A DNA stretch of 64,000 bases from Bacteroidales bacterium (GCA_017454265.1 JAFTDJ010000024.1:3329-67328), one strand, 5' to 3'; counted from the stretch's first letter, positions 1-11,193 are shown. Numbers and translations are program-made. The notes: generated by a model not told the origin, from the letters alone.

Positions 1-2
1 CA

Positions 3-2183
3 AAAAAAGGGTGGCCGTTCCCCTTCTTCAACTATCCCAAAACAGTCAAAGAAGTATCGGGAAAGCGGTTTCGGGATGCGTTTTCGGAGATAAGCGATAC
101 ATTGCGGCAGCGATGGAGCCGCGACGAGGCCGCACGCGCACCCTTCCAGCCGTCGGAGCAGCTCACGGCGCCCGGCCGTCACTACACGGCATACGGTGGA
201 AGCTGCCTGTTAGACAGCTCCTTGTTCAGCATACGCCGCGGAATAACGAGTGCTCCCGAACTGGTGCGTACAGACACTAAATCCGGCCGCACGACGGCGC
301 TCAGGCCCTTTTCCTACAGCACGTCCGTGCTTAAGGAAGACCCCCTGAGGGGGCGTATCTGGTGGAGCGAAATCGTAAGCGACCCCCGGTGGGGGATGAT
401 ATCTTATTCGGAAATCCATTACTCGGACGCCTCCGGGCGCACCGGCTGCCTTAAGAAGCGTACCCGCTGGTACAACCCGGCGGTTTCTCCTGACGGCGGT
501 GTGCTGTGCGTAGTGGAGTATCCCGCGGGCGGAGGCAGCGCGCTCTTGCTTGTGAACCCGGAAGACGGCTCGGAACTCGCGCGATATACGGCTCCCTCCG
601 GAATGCAGATAGTTGAGGCGGAGTGGCTTGGAGACCGGCTCTACGCCTGCGCCATTACCGATGGCGGGCAGGGTATTTACAACGTACGGGACGGTTTCCG
701 CCGCGAGCTTGCCTGCGGGCACAACACGGTAAAGCAGCTTTTTGTGCACGACGGTACACTGTTTTTTATATCAGACCTGACCGGCGTAGATGAGCTTTAC
801 TCGTGGGCACCCGGTGAGCCCGCCGCTTACCGCATTACCAGCACCGCCGTGGGCTCATCGTCTTACCGTTTTTCTGCAGACGGGAGCAGCCTGCTGTATT
901 CCATGCTCACAAAGGACGGCCGTTATGTTTACACCACGCAGCTGGATTCCTTGCCGGGACGCACCAGGGCGGATTTCGGCGTGCCGCACCGATACGAATT
1001 TGCGGAAGACCTCTCCGGCGGCGGCCCCGGCGTCATTGAACAGACTCCCGTTGAGGTTCCCGCCCCCAAACCGTACAACAAATTTGCTAACGCTTTCCGC
1101 ATACATTCCTGGATACCGCTGTACATAGATTATGATGCGGTTGAGAACCTGAGTTTCGACGCCATTGCCAGCAGCGCCGGCCTTGGGGCAACGGTATTCT
1201 TCCAGAATGAACTCAGCACGCTTCAGGGTACCGCTGCGTACAATGCCGCTTATTCGGGCGGATGGGTACATAAAGGCGAGGCCAAAATCACCTACAGCGG
1301 ACTGTATCCTGTAATCGAAGGCGGCCTGTCGGTAAGCAGCGCGGCGCCGTACTGGTATTTCCTGCAGAGCTCTTTCAGTAATTTTTCGCAGGTTCTCAGT
1401 CTTTCGCACGAGACTCTTGCCGGCATCCCGGGTTTCAACGCTTCGCTCGGTATTTATTTACCCCTGAATTTATCTTCCGGAGGGTGGTACCGTGGAGTAG
1501 TGCCACAATTGCGCTGGAGTCTTTCCAACAGCATCATTACCAGGGGGAGTTCCGCCCCTATGAACCGATTGTCGGCCAGCGTCAGAGCTTATATCGTCAA
1601 GGCGACTCCGTCGTCTTGCGTATATCCTAAACTGGGAATCGGAGCAGAGACGGGCTGGAGCGGCCGTCCGGGGGCGTTAAGCATCTTCAGCTCCAACGCA
1701 TATTTTTACACATACGGCTATCTTCCCGGCTTTATGGATACCCATGGCCTGAGGCTCTCCGTTATGGCGCAGGCGCCTGTGGGAAGCGCACCCTTCCACG
1801 AGCGCTACGCGTCTGTGATGCCTCGCGGGATGGGAGCCTACACCGACCTTGCCTCGCAGATGGCAAGCTATCCTTTCCAGGGCCGCATTACAGCAGATTA
1901 TGTATTTCCGTTCTTGCCCCTCGACTGGTCCGGAATGGGCCCGGTGGCTTACGTGCGTAACCTCGAGTGTACCCTGCACGGAGATTATGCCTTCGCCGGA
2001 GGAGCGGCAAAAGCTGCGTCTTTGAATCTTGGTGGCGCCGGTGTGGAGCTTTGCGCCGTGCTGGGAAATTTCCTGTGGATACCGTACGACACGCGCATCG
2101 GCGTAAAATATTATTACAACCTGGGAATCCCTTCCGGATTGAATCCTCATCTGTTTGATATAGTTTTCACTGTCGATATGTAA
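3..2183 (+). CDS. 5'-truncated outer-membrane protein: TolB-like beta-propeller plus C-terminal beta-barrel-like region
   Basis: The frame is open from window position 3 (KKGWPFPFFNYP...). It has propeller-type repeats (YNPAVSPDG, YRFSADGS) and an amphipathic beta-strand C-terminal half. Confidence 0.6.
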   Translation, partial: KKGWPFPFFNYPKTVKEVSGKRFRDAFSEISDTLRQRWSRDEAARAPFQPSEQLTAPGRHYTAYGGSCLLDSSLFSIRRGITSAPELVRTDTKSGRTTALRPFSYSTSVLKEDPLRGRIWWSEIVSDPRWGMISYSEIHYSDASGRTGCLKKRTRWYNPAVSPDGGVLCVVEYPAGGGSALLLVNPEDGSELARYTAPSGMQIVEAEWLGDRLYACAITDGGQGIYNVRDGFRRELACGHNTVKQLFVHDGTLFFISDLTGVDELYSWAPGEPAAYRITSTAVGSSSYRFSADGSSLLYSMLTKDGRYVYTTQLDSLPGRTRADFGVPHRYEFAEDLSGGGPGVIEQTPVEVPAPKPYNKFANAFRIHSWIPLYIDYDAVENLSFDAIASSAGLGATVFFQNELSTLQGTAAYNAAYSGGWVHKGEAKITYSGLYPVIEGGLSVSSAAPYWYFLQSSFSNFSQVLSLSHETLAGIPGFNASLGIYLPLNLSSGGWYRGVVPQLRWSLSNSIITRGSSAPMNRLSASVRAYIVKATPSSCVYPKLGIGAETGWSGRPGALSIFSSNAYFYTYGYLPGFMDTHGLRLSVMAQAPVGSAPFHERYASVMPRGMGAYTDLASQMASYPFQGRITADYVFPFLPLDWSGMGPVAYVRNLECTLHGDYAFAGGAAKAASLNLGGAGVELCAVLGNFLWIPYDTRIGVKYYYNLGIPSGLNPHLFDIVFTVDM

Positions 2184-2244
2184 GTAAATTTCGTTATTTG
2201 CTTCATTTTGTATATATTCGCGAAATAATAACACTACGACCCGA

Positions 2245-4464
2245 ATGAAGAACCCCCTCATCCTTGCGGCCGCCGCTTGCTGTCTGCTAGCCGGCTGCAC
2301 CGCTGCGCCGGCTCCCGGAGCTCTCAACGACCCCCGTGTAGATGAACTGATGAAGAAGATGACCCTGGAAGAAAAAGTGGGTCAGCTGGTGCTTTTCACA
2401 AGCGACTGGAGCGTCACCGGTCCCACTATGCGACAGGGATACATGGATGATATCCGTGCCGGGCGCTGCGGAAACATATTCAACGCCTATACCGCGGAAT
2501 ATACCCGCAAACTGCAGGAAATCGCGGTCAACGAAACACGCCTGGGCATACCTCTTCTGTTCGGGTACGACGTTATACACGGCTTCCGCACCATTTTCCC
2601 CATCAATCTCGGAATGTCCGCATCCTGGGACGGGCAGGCCATAGAGGAGTCTGCGCGAATCGCCGCCCGCGAGGCCGCTGCCGCCGGCCTGCACTGGACC
2701 TATTCTCCTATGTGCGACATTTGCGTCGAGCCTCGCTGGGGCCGTATATCAGAAGGTTCCGGAGAAGACCCTTATCTTGGAAGTGTCATTTCTGCGGCAA
2801 TGACCCGAGGCTATCAGGGCACCGACCTTTCGGATCCTGCAACCATTCTGGCCTGTGTCAAGCATTTTGCCGCGTACGGCGCTCCCCAGGCCGGACGCGA
2901 CTACAATACGGTGGATATGTCCGAGCGCTGGTTCAGGGAGTTTTACCTTCCTCCCTACAAGGCCGCGGTAGATGCCGGGGCCCTCAGCGTGATGGCCTCC
3001 TTCAACGAGCTCGACGGTGTACCGGCAACGGCCAATTCCTTCCTGCTTAAGGATATACTCCGCGGCGAGTGGGGCTTCAAAGGCTTTGTGGTGTCTGACT
3101 ACACGGGCATAAACGAGATGGTTTGCCACGGCACGGCTGCAGATGAAGCGGAAGCCGGCATGCAGGCTATCAACGCAGGAATGGATATGGACATGCAGAG
3201 CGCCGCCTATTTCAACTACCTCAAGGAGCAGGTGGAAAGCGGCAAGGTCAGTATGAAGACGCTGGATGAATCCGTACGCCGCGTGCTCAACGTAAAAGCC
3301 GCCCTCGGCCTTTTCGACGACCCTTACAAGTACTGCAGTCCCGAGCTGGAGGCCTCCGAAACCCTTACTGACGGCAACAAGGCCTTCGCCCGAAAGTTTG
3401 CCTCAGACTGCATGGTGCTTCTGAGCAACGACGGAGTGCTCCCCCTGCAAAAGGGAGAAAAGATAGCCGTTATCGGAGCCCTGGCCGCTTCCAAGGACGA
3501 TCTTCTGGGCTCCTGGAGGGGCGCCGGCGAGGTTCGGAGCGTGCCGGCCAGCATACTGGACGCCATTTGTGAACTCAACGGTCCCGCCAACGTGCTGTAC
3601 GCGGAAGGTTGCAAGGAGACGGGCGAAGACCGCAGCGGATTCGGCGCGGCCCTTGCCGTCGCCCGCAGGGCGTCCAAAGTGGTGCTCGTAATAGGCGAAG
3701 ACTGTCAGTGGACGGGAGAAGCCGCGAGCCGTTCCGATATCCGCATACCCGGCGTACAGAGCGAACTGCTCGGGAAGCTCGCGGCATTAGGCAAGCCCGT
3801 CGCCGTGGTGCTGCTCAACGGCCGTCCGCTGGACCTCAGTGCCGAGGTGGAGCAGGCAGGAGCCATCCTTGAGGCCTGGTATCCCGGCACTATGGGCGGA
3901 TTTGCGGTTGCCGACGTGCTCTTCGGAGACGTGAATCCGGGCGGAAAGTTGTCCGTCACTTTCCCCCGCAACCTCGGGCAGGTGCCCGTTTACCACTACG
4001 CCAAGAACACCGGACGACCTTACGTGCACCCGGAAGCAAAGTACGAATCCCGCTACCTTGATGTGCCCAACGAGCCCCTGTTCGCCTTCGGCCACGGCCT
4101 CAGCTACACCCGGTTCGATTATTCCGACGTCAGGCTTTCCGCCTCTTCCTTCGGCGGAGACGGCAATATCACCGCCGAATGTACCGTTACCAACAGCGGC
4201 GGCCGCGCAGGCAGCGAGACCGTCCAGTTGTACATAAGGGACCTCGTGGGCAGTGTAACCCGCCCCGTGAAGCAGCTAAAGGGTTTTAAGAAAATATACC
4301 TTGAGCCCGGGCAGTCGCAGACGGTATCCTTTACCATCGACGCCGAGACCCTCTCTTTCTACCGCCGCGATATGAGCTATGGCCCCGAGAGCGGTGATTT
4401 CAAAGTGTTTATAGGAGGCGCATCCGACGATGTGCGCGAAGCATCTTTCCGTTATGAAGAATAG
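2245..4464 (+). CDS. bglX: GH3 beta-glucosidase (BglX-like), lipoprotein-type signal
   Basis: MTLEEKVGQL, RLGIPLLFGYDVIHG, PRWGR, ACVKHF, VVSDY nucleophile motif, FGHGLSYT and a C-terminal Fn3-like domain (ETVQLYIRD). Confidence 0.93.
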   Translation: MKNPLILAAAACCLLAGCTAAPAPGALNDPRVDELMKKMTLEEKVGQLVLFTSDWSVTGPTMRQGYMDDIRAGRCGNIFNAYTAEYTRKLQEIAVNETRLGIPLLFGYDVIHGFRTIFPINLGMSASWDGQAIEESARIAAREAAAAGLHWTYSPMCDICVEPRWGRISEGSGEDPYLGSVISAAMTRGYQGTDLSDPATILACVKHFAAYGAPQAGRDYNTVDMSERWFREFYLPPYKAAVDAGALSVMASFNELDGVPATANSFLLKDILRGEWGFKGFVVSDYTGINEMVCHGTAADEAEAGMQAINAGMDMDMQSAAYFNYLKEQVESGKVSMKTLDESVRRVLNVKAALGLFDDPYKYCSPELEASETLTDGNKAFARKFASDCMVLLSNDGVLPLQKGEKIAVIGALAASKDDLLGSWRGAGEVRSVPASILDAICELNGPANVLYAEGCKETGEDRSGFGAALAVARRASKVVLVIGEDCQWTGEAASRSDIRIPGVQSELLGKLAALGKPVAVVLLNGRPLDLSAEVEQAGAILEAWYPGTMGGFAVADVLFGDVNPGGKLSVTFPRNLGQVPVYHYAKNTGRPYVHPEAKYESRYLDVPNEPLFAFGHGLSYTRFDYSDVRLSASSFGGDGNITAECTVTNSGGRAGSETVQLYIRDLVGSVTRPVKQLKGFKKIYLEPGQSQTVSFTIDAETLSFYRRDMSYGPESGDFKVFIGGASDDVREASFRYEE

Positions 4465-5743
4465 CCTGCTTGCCGCGGCCCTGCTTGCCGCCCTGCTGTG
4501 CTCCTGCGGCCCCAGGCCACAGAGGCAGCTCTCCGACGAAGCCCTCCTCGACACGGTGGAGCGCTACACAATCAAGTATTTTACCGATTTTGCCGACCCG
4601 GCTACGGGACTCGCCCGTGAGCGAAACAACGACGCCAACGGCAACATAGTCACCATTGGAGGTTCGGGCTTCGGCATGATGGCCGTCATAGCGGGCGCCG
4701 AGAGGGAGTACTACCCTCAGGCGGAAGGGGTGGAGCGCGTGGGTAAGATGGTGAGCACCCTGGAGCGCCTGGAGCGCTTCCACGGCGCCTGGGCCCACTG
4801 GTACGATGCCGACTCCGGCCGGCCGTTCAGCTTCAGCAAATACGACGACGGCGGTGACCTGGTGGAGACTGCCTTCATGGTGCAGGGCCTTCTGGCGGCA
4901 CGGCAGTGGCTCTCAGACAAAGACGCGGAGCTCTCCGCTCGCTGCGACAAATTGTGGCGCGAAGTGGAGTGGAGCTGGTACACACGCGGAACAGACTCAC
5001 TCTACTGGCACTGGTCAAAAAACTACGAGTGGAAGATGAACCACCGTATCAGCGGTTTCGACGAAACACTCATCACGTATGTTCTGGCAGCGTCTTCGCC
5101 CACCTATCCTATCACGAAGGAATGCTACGAGGCTTCTTACAAGACCTCAAACTATTACTACAACGGCAAGGAGTATTACGGCATCAAACTGCCGCTGGGC
5201 ATGGAATACGGCGGACCGCTTTTCTTCTGCCACTATTCCTGGCTGGGGCTGGACCCCCGCGGACTGTGTGACGGGTACACCAACTATTTTGAGCGCAACA
5301 AGGCGCACACCCTCATACATCGTGCCTACGCGATAGACAACCCTAAGGGCCACAAGGGTCTGGGAAAAGACCTTTGGGGCTTCACCTCGTCGGACGACCC
5401 CGACGTGGGATACAGCTCCCATCATCCCGGCACGCCGGACGAGAACGGCACCGTGTCGCCTACCGCTGCCGTGAGTTCCATAGTGTACACTCCCGTGGAG
5501 TCGATGGAGGTGATTCGTCACCTGTACTTCGACGTCCCCGGGATGTTCGGACCCATGGGCTTGTATGATGCATACAATCCCGGCCGGGAGCCTGCCGTGG
5601 TAGATCACTACCTCGCCATAGACCAGGGCCCCGAAGCCGTGATGATAGAAAATTACCGCAGCGGTCTGCTTTGGAGGCTCTTCGGCAGCTGCCCCGAGAT
5701 ACAGGACGGTCTGCGCAAACTCGGATTCTACTATTCAGAATAA
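4454..5743 (+). CDS. GH144/glycoamylase-family glycoside hydrolase (putative beta-1,2-glucanase), lipoprotein
   Basis: LARER, GGSGFG, RFHGAWAHW, DGGDLVETAF, LYWHWS, GGPLFFCHYS, YLAIDQGP motifs; LCSC lipobox; ATG at 4454 overlaps the GH3 3' end. Confidence 0.85.
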   Translation: MKNSLLAAALLAALLCSCGPRPQRQLSDEALLDTVERYTIKYFTDFADPATGLARERNNDANGNIVTIGGSGFGMMAVIAGAEREYYPQAEGVERVGKMVSTLERLERFHGAWAHWYDADSGRPFSFSKYDDGGDLVETAFMVQGLLAARQWLSDKDAELSARCDKLWREVEWSWYTRGTDSLYWHWSKNYEWKMNHRISGFDETLITYVLAASSPTYPITKECYEASYKTSNYYYNGKEYYGIKLPLGMEYGGPLFFCHYSWLGLDPRGLCDGYTNYFERNKAHTLIHRAYAIDNPKGHKGLGKDLWGFTSSDDPDVGYSSHHPGTPDENGTVSPTAAVSSIVYTPVESMEVIRHLYFDVPGMFGPMGLYDAYNPGREPAVVDHYLAIDQGPEAVMIENYRSGLLWRLFGSCPEIQDGLRKLGFYYSE

Positions 5744-5744
5744 T

Positions 5745-8700
5745 ATGAAAAAATTAGCACTAGTACTGACAACCATTCTGATTGCCGCGCTGAGCTATGG
5801 CCAGGCATATCAGGTAAAGGGCGTCGTCGTGGACGAACTGGGGCCTGTAATCGGAGCTACCGTACTTGAGTCGGGGACCTCCAACGGCGTTCCCACAGGC
5901 CTGGACGGCGACTTCCTGCTTACGGTATCAAGTCCCGACGTACAGGTGGAGGTGAGCTGCATGGGCTACGCCACGCAGGTGTTCAAAGCCTCTGAAATGC
6001 CGGCTACCATCAGCCTGAAAGAAGACGACACCTTCCTTGAAGAAGTTGTTGTTGTGGGTTACGGTACCCAGAAGGCCAAGGACCTCACCGCTCCCATTGT
6101 GAACATCAAGGGAGGTGAACTGTCCAAGCAGGCCACAGCCAACCCTATGAGCGCTCTCTCCGGCATGGTGAGCGGCGTGCAGATTACCCAGAGCGGCGCC
6201 CCCGGAGCCGGACCCTCCGTGAAGATCCGCGGCGTGGGTTCCATCGGAGACTACGCCAATCCTCTATACGTCGTTGACGGAGCCTTTATGGACAACATCG
6301 ACTTCCTGGCCAGCAGCGATATCGAGTCGCTGACCGTGCTTAAAGACGCATCCGCGGCGGCAATTTACGGCGTACGCGCCGCCAACGGCGTGATTATAGT
6401 GACCACCCGCAAGGGTGAACTGGGCCATGCGCGCCTAACATATGACGGCTATGCCGGCGTACAGGTTCCCACAAATATAATGAAGCTGGCAAATACCGAG
6501 CAGTACGTTGAGCTCTACAACCTTGCTTACAAGGATATGACCGGCTTCGTGCCAAAGAACGCGGCAAACTATGGCGGAGTGAGCACCGATTGGTATGCTG
6601 CCCTGGTGCATCCCGCTTTTACCCACTCCCACTCCCTGGACCTTTCCGGAGGAACGGAAAAGACCAACTACTCCGTGGGCTTGAGCTACTTCTACCAGGA
6701 CGGTATTATGAACTTCACCAAGAACGACTACAACCGTCTGAATTTCAGGGCCCGCCTGGACCAGACCATGAGCTCCTGGCTCAAGGTGGGTTTCAATACA
6801 GTGGTGTCCAAGTACTCCAGCAACAATCCGAACTCCGGGGTATATTACCAGGCCTTCGTGAATCCTCCTGTGTATGCTGTTTACAACGACGCAAATACAG
6901 CCGCCTATCCTGAGCATTTCAATTCCCCTCAGCTCTACGGATTCGGTAATTCCTACGGCAACCCCGCAGCCAGCGCCTATTACCACCGCAGCTGGACCGA
7001 CGGTTTCAAGACAGTGTTCTCCGCATATGCCGAGGCGACAATCATCCCCGAGAAGCTGAAGTTCAAGACTTCTTATAATCTCGACCTCACCTTCTCCGAC
7101 GCTCAGACATATACGCCTGAGCATTACGTGGGAGGCTCCCAGGGTACCTCGGTATCCAGCCTCAACAAGACCTTCAGCTACGCAACCTATCATATTCTGG
7201 ACAACACCCTCACCTATTCCGACCGGATTGGGGACCATTCATTCACCGCCATGCTCGGACAGTCCACGAGGATGCAATACAGCTCCTGGCTCAACGGCAT
7301 TGCCCGCAGCGTTCCCGACTTCGACAGGCAGTCCATATACCTCACCAACGGTTCTTACAAGAACCAGTCGACAAATGACGGAGGCTCCCGCTACAACGGC
7401 CTTTCCTTCTTCACCCGCGGCACCTATAACTACAAGGGCAAGTACCTTGCTACCGTGACGCTGCGTGCCGACGGCAGTTCCAAATATCAGGAGAAATGGG
7501 GAATCTTCCCCTCAGTGGGTTTGGGATGGAATATTTCCGACGAACCCTTTATGCAGAATCAGAGGGTGTTCGACTTCCTCAAGCTGCGCGCAAGCTGGGG
7601 TATGCTCGGCAACGACAACGTGCCCGCCAATGACATCAATATCGCCGGTGCCTCCGGAATCGGAAGCTCCGCCGTGTTCGGCAATACCGTGGTTGACGGA
7701 ATCGGCGCCCAGACCGTGTATCAGAACTATCTGCGCTGGGAAGTGGTGACGGAAACCAACGTGGGTGCCGACTTCGCTTTCCTTGGCAACCGCCTTACCG
7801 GAGAACTTGATCTGTACCACCGCGTGACGGACAGGGTGGTTTTCCACGCACCCATTGCTACCGGCGGCGGTGTGGCTACGCTGCTTGCCAACAACGGCAA
7901 GGTGCTTAACGCAGGTGCGGAGCTCTCGCTCAGATGGGCCGATTCCATTGCAGAAGAATTCAACTACAACGTGGGCTTCAACGCTACGTTCAACCACAAT
8001 TCCGTGCTGGCACTCGACGGTCGCGACAACATCCCCGGGGCTGCCGTCAACGGTGCCTATTCGACCCTGACGCAGGTGGGTTATCCTATCGGCGCTTTCT
8101 GGGGCTACAAGGTGGAGGGCATCTTCCAGAACAAGCTTGAGGCCAAGCTCCGGGACGACGGTGTGAACCAGACGACGGCCGACGAGGGCTACTTCCGCTA
8201 TGCCGACACCAATGGCGACAAGGTTATCAACGAAGACGACCGTACCTACCTTGGAAGTCCACTGCCCTGGCTTATGCTGGGCCTGAACCTGGGCTTTGAG
8301 TGGAAGAACTTCGACTTCTCGATGGTTATGAGCGCCAACGTAGGAAACAAGATTTTCAACTCCAAGCGCATCAACAAGCAAGTGTTCCCCGACGGCAACT
8401 ACGACCTTGCCTTCTACAGGAACGCATGGCGCTCGGATGCCCACAGCACCACTTATCCCAGTCCCAAGGCGCTCACTGAATCCATGATGGCCCAGAGCAA
8501 CAGCTTTTTCGTAGAAGACGGCTCCATGTTCCGTATCCAGAATGTGCAGCTGGGGTACACCTTCCGCAACGTGTTCGGAGCCGGACGCATACGCGCCTAC
8601 GTTTCCGCCCAGCGTCCCCTTACCCTCTTCGGCTACAACGGTTTCACCACAGAAATCGGCGGCAGCCCTACTGCAACCGGCATAGACGGTGCCTCTGTGT

Positions 8701-8747
8701 ATCCTATGCAGGCAATCTATACCGCAGGTGTCAACCTTAATTTCTAA
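5745..8747 (+). CDS. susC: SusC/RagA TonB-dependent transporter
   Basis: EEVVVVGYG, PLYVVDG, LKDASAAAIYGVRAANGVIIVTT, LKLRASWG and terminal GVNLNF. Confidence 0.95.
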   Translation: MKKLALVLTTILIAALSYGQAYQVKGVVVDELGPVIGATVLESGTSNGVPTGLDGDFLLTVSSPDVQVEVSCMGYATQVFKASEMPATISLKEDDTFLEEVVVVGYGTQKAKDLTAPIVNIKGGELSKQATANPMSALSGMVSGVQITQSGAPGAGPSVKIRGVGSIGDYANPLYVVDGAFMDNIDFLASSDIESLTVLKDASAAAIYGVRAANGVIIVTTRKGELGHARLTYDGYAGVQVPTNIMKLANTEQYVELYNLAYKDMTGFVPKNAANYGGVSTDWYAALVHPAFTHSHSLDLSGGTEKTNYSVGLSYFYQDGIMNFTKNDYNRLNFRARLDQTMSSWLKVGFNTVVSKYSSNNPNSGVYYQAFVNPPVYAVYNDANTAAYPEHFNSPQLYGFGNSYGNPAASAYYHRSWTDGFKTVFSAYAEATIIPEKLKFKTSYNLDLTFSDAQTYTPEHYVGGSQGTSVSSLNKTFSYATYHILDNTLTYSDRIGDHSFTAMLGQSTRMQYSSWLNGIARSVPDFDRQSIYLTNGSYKNQSTNDGGSRYNGLSFFTRGTYNYKGKYLATVTLRADGSSKYQEKWGIFPSVGLGWNISDEPFMQNQRVFDFLKLRASWGMLGNDNVPANDINIAGASGIGSSAVFGNTVVDGIGAQTVYQNYLRWEVVTETNVGADFAFLGNRLTGELDLYHRVTDRVVFHAPIATGGGVATLLANNGKVLNAGAELSLRWADSIAEEFNYNVGFNATFNHNSVLALDGRDNIPGAAVNGAYSTLTQVGYPIGAFWGYKVEGIFQNKLEAKLRDDGVNQTTADEGYFRYADTNGDKVINEDDRTYLGSPLPWLMLGLNLGFEWKNFDFSMVMSANVGNKIFNSKRINKQVFPDGNYDLAFYRNAWRSDAHSTTYPSPKALTESMMAQSNSFFVEDGSMFRIQNVQLGYTFRNVFGAGRIRAYVSAQRPLTLFGYNGFTTEIGGSPTATGIDGASVYPMQAIYTAGVNLNF

Positions 8748-8753
8748 GCAGCA

Positions 8754-10226
8754 ATGAAAAAGTCATTTATACTCATAGCAATAGCCATCCTGACCCTTTG
8801 CAGCTGCTCCGATTTCCTGAACATCCGCACAGAGGCCACGATGCCCTCATCGGGACTCGATTATACCAAGACGGAAAATATCATTATGCCGCTTAGCGCC
8901 GCCTATGCCAGTATGAGACTTGGCGAAGGCGAATCCTTCAACTACGTGGCGGTGATGGAAATCTGCTCCGACGACGCAGACAAGGGCAGTTCTGCCGATG
9001 ACGGTCCTATGGCCAAGGCCATAGACAACTTTACCCTGGACGCCTCCAATACCTGTGTGGCGGATATGTGGACTTATTACTACAACATAGCCTCTTCTGC
9101 CAACTACGCAATCGAGTCTATGGACAAGTTCGGCGAGGCAATAACCTCCGAAGACGGACTCCGCCAGGTAAAAGAGACCCGCGGCGAGGCTAAGATTATC
9201 CGCGCCTGGGCCTATTTCAACCTGCTCAGGGTTTTTGGCAGCGTCCCCTACATAGACAGGACAATGACCGCAGAAGAGCTCGCCTCCATGAAGGTATCTA
9301 CCGAAGACCAGCTCTTCACCTATATCTACGCAGACTTGGATGAGGCGATAAACGTGGTTCCGAGCGCCTGGGACGAGTACCCCGGCCGCTATACCAGCTG
9401 GACTGCAAGGGCCCTCAAATCCCGTGTGGCCCTGTATCGCAAAGACTGGAAAGAGGCAGCTGCACAGGCCGATGCCATAATTGCAAGCGGCGAGTTCTCC
9501 TTGCTTCCCAACTTCCGCGACGTATTCCAGATGAAGGGCGAGAACTCCACGGAAATACTTATGTCCATCCAGAGTTCCACCCTTGGCCAGAGCGCCGGAG
9601 ACGCCCCCATGTGCTATTACGCCTTCATCCAGGGCCCCCGCAACAACCCGGCTTCCAATATGCAGGGATGGGGATTCAAAGTACCGAGCGAGAAACTCAT
9701 CGCCTTCCTTGACGGCCGCGGCGATGTAATCCGCAAACAGACCACCATCCTTGAAAGGGGCACCACGACTCCCGAGGGAGACGAAATCAGCACCATGTGC
9801 GTGAATCCTTACTACAACGGCAAGGTTTACACTCCTTCCCGCTACAATAAATGGTCTTACAATGCCTACGGCCGCGACTACGATATACGTCTCATCCGTT
9901 ATGCAGAGATTTTGCTCAACTATGCCGAGGCCGTGATGAACGGAGCGCCCGCAGGCAGTATTTCCGCCCAGGATGCGCTGGATATGGTGCGCGGGCGCGC
10001 AGGCCTCAATGCCGTTGCCGTGAGTCTTGACGCCGTACAGGAGGAGCGTCACGCCGAGCTTGCAATGGAAGACAACCGCTTCTTCGACCTGGTGCGCTGG
10101 GGCAAGGCCGCCGAGGTCCTGGGGCCCCTTGGCTTCACCGCCGGCAAGAACGAACATTTCCCCATCCCCTCCACCCAGCGTCAGCTCAATCCCAACCTGC
10201 CCGCATCGCCCGGGTACAGTTATTGA
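8754..10226 (+). CDS. susD: SusD/RagB glycan-binding lipoprotein
   Basis: CSCSDFL lipobox, GEAKIIRAWAYFNLLR, IRYAEILLNYAEA, ERHAELAME..RFFDLVRWG; directly follows susC. Confidence 0.93.
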   Translation: MKKSFILIAIAILTLCSCSDFLNIRTEATMPSSGLDYTKTENIIMPLSAAYASMRLGEGESFNYVAVMEICSDDADKGSSADDGPMAKAIDNFTLDASNTCVADMWTYYYNIASSANYAIESMDKFGEAITSEDGLRQVKETRGEAKIIRAWAYFNLLRVFGSVPYIDRTMTAEELASMKVSTEDQLFTYIYADLDEAINVVPSAWDEYPGRYTSWTARALKSRVALYRKDWKEAAAQADAIIASGEFSLLPNFRDVFQMKGENSTEILMSIQSSTLGQSAGDAPMCYYAFIQGPRNNPASNMQGWGFKVPSEKLIAFLDGRGDVIRKQTTILERGTTTPEGDEISTMCVNPYYNGKVYTPSRYNKWSYNAYGRDYDIRLIRYAEILLNYAEAVMNGAPAGSISAQDALDMVRGRAGLNAVAVSLDAVQEERHAELAMEDNRFFDLVRWGKAAEVLGPLGFTAGKNEHFPIPSTQRQLNPNLPASPGYSY

Positions 10227-10270
10227 TTACTTTTTATTCACTTTATATCAACCAATTATTTATTAAAACA

Positions 10271-11143
10271 ATGAAAAAAGTACTTTTATTCGCTGCTTCC
10301 ATCCTCGTGCTTGGTGCAGCTGTTTCCTGCAACAAAGACAAAGACAAGGAAAAGACCGTTCCCGAGGTAACCGTTGCCAAGGAGGCTCTTGTTGCCCATT
10401 TCCCCATGGAGTCTGCAACTGAAGCCGTCAAGGTCGGTGCCGGTGTCACCTACAGTGGACTTACCGGTTCTGCCGCTTTCGTAGACGGATTCATCGGCAA
10501 GGCTTATGGCAACACCGCCGGAGTCAACACTTCCGAGGCTTATATGAAGCTCAACCTTGCTTCCAGCAACGCTATCAAGAACCTCCAGAGCATGACTTTC
10601 ACCGCATGGGTAAAGCTTCCCGCAGGCACTGAGGCCAAGGGTGGCGTGCTTTCCATTAACGGTACCGCCATGGAGCCCGTGTGGCCCGCACTCGTATTCC
10701 TCTTCGACAACTACAATGCCGAGACAAACGAGCAGTGGTTCAACGGCCGCATCGACTTCATTGCAAAGTCTGCTGCCATGTGGCCCAACAGCGCTTCTAC
10801 AGAGTATGCAAAGAAGGACGACTGGATCCAGGTTGCACGTACCTATGATGCACAGTCCGGCCACTGGGCCAACTATGCGAACGGCGTTCTCGTAGGCGAG
10901 GGTGACTTCCTTATCGACGACAAGCCCGTGGGTGCCATCAACGCCTGCGTCGCTTCAGACTGCAACGCCATGTATATCGGCGGCTGGGCTTCCCGTATCG
11001 AGGGCAAGGCCGCAGACGCATGGCAGGGCTACTTCCCCGGTGCAATCGACGAGGTCCGCTTCTACAACCAGCCTCTGACCGAGGTGCAGATTGCCGCCCT
11101 CTATCTTGAGGAGGTAACCATCGCTCTCACCCAGAGTATTTAA
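10271..11143 (+). CDS. LamG/concanavalin-like jelly-roll surface lipoprotein (candidate surface glycan-binding protein)
   Basis: VSC lipobox followed by a K/D/E-rich stretch; LVAHFPM, MTFTAWVK, YANG, YFPGAIDEVRFYNQPLT LamG-type motifs. Confidence 0.8.
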   Translation: MKKVLLFAASILVLGAAVSCNKDKDKEKTVPEVTVAKEALVAHFPMESATEAVKVGAGVTYSGLTGSAAFVDGFIGKAYGNTAGVNTSEAYMKLNLASSNAIKNLQSMTFTAWVKLPAGTEAKGGVLSINGTAMEPVWPALVFLFDNYNAETNEQWFNGRIDFIAKSAAMWPNSASTEYAKKDDWIQVARTYDAQSGHWANYANGVLVGEGDFLIDDKPVGAINACVASDCNAMYIGGWASRIEGKAADAWQGYFPGAIDEVRFYNQPLTEVQIAALYLEEVTIALTQSI

Positions 11144-11161
11144 TTCATTAATCCTTCATAC

Positions 11162-11193
11162 GGGGTTGGCCGGTTTCGGTCAACCCCATTTTT
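11162..11193 (+). terminator. Intra-PUL stem-loop or intrinsic terminator
   Basis: GGGGTTGGCCG-GTTT-CGGTCAACCCC followed by ATTTTT, between the LamG gene and the second GH144 gene. Confidence 0.75.
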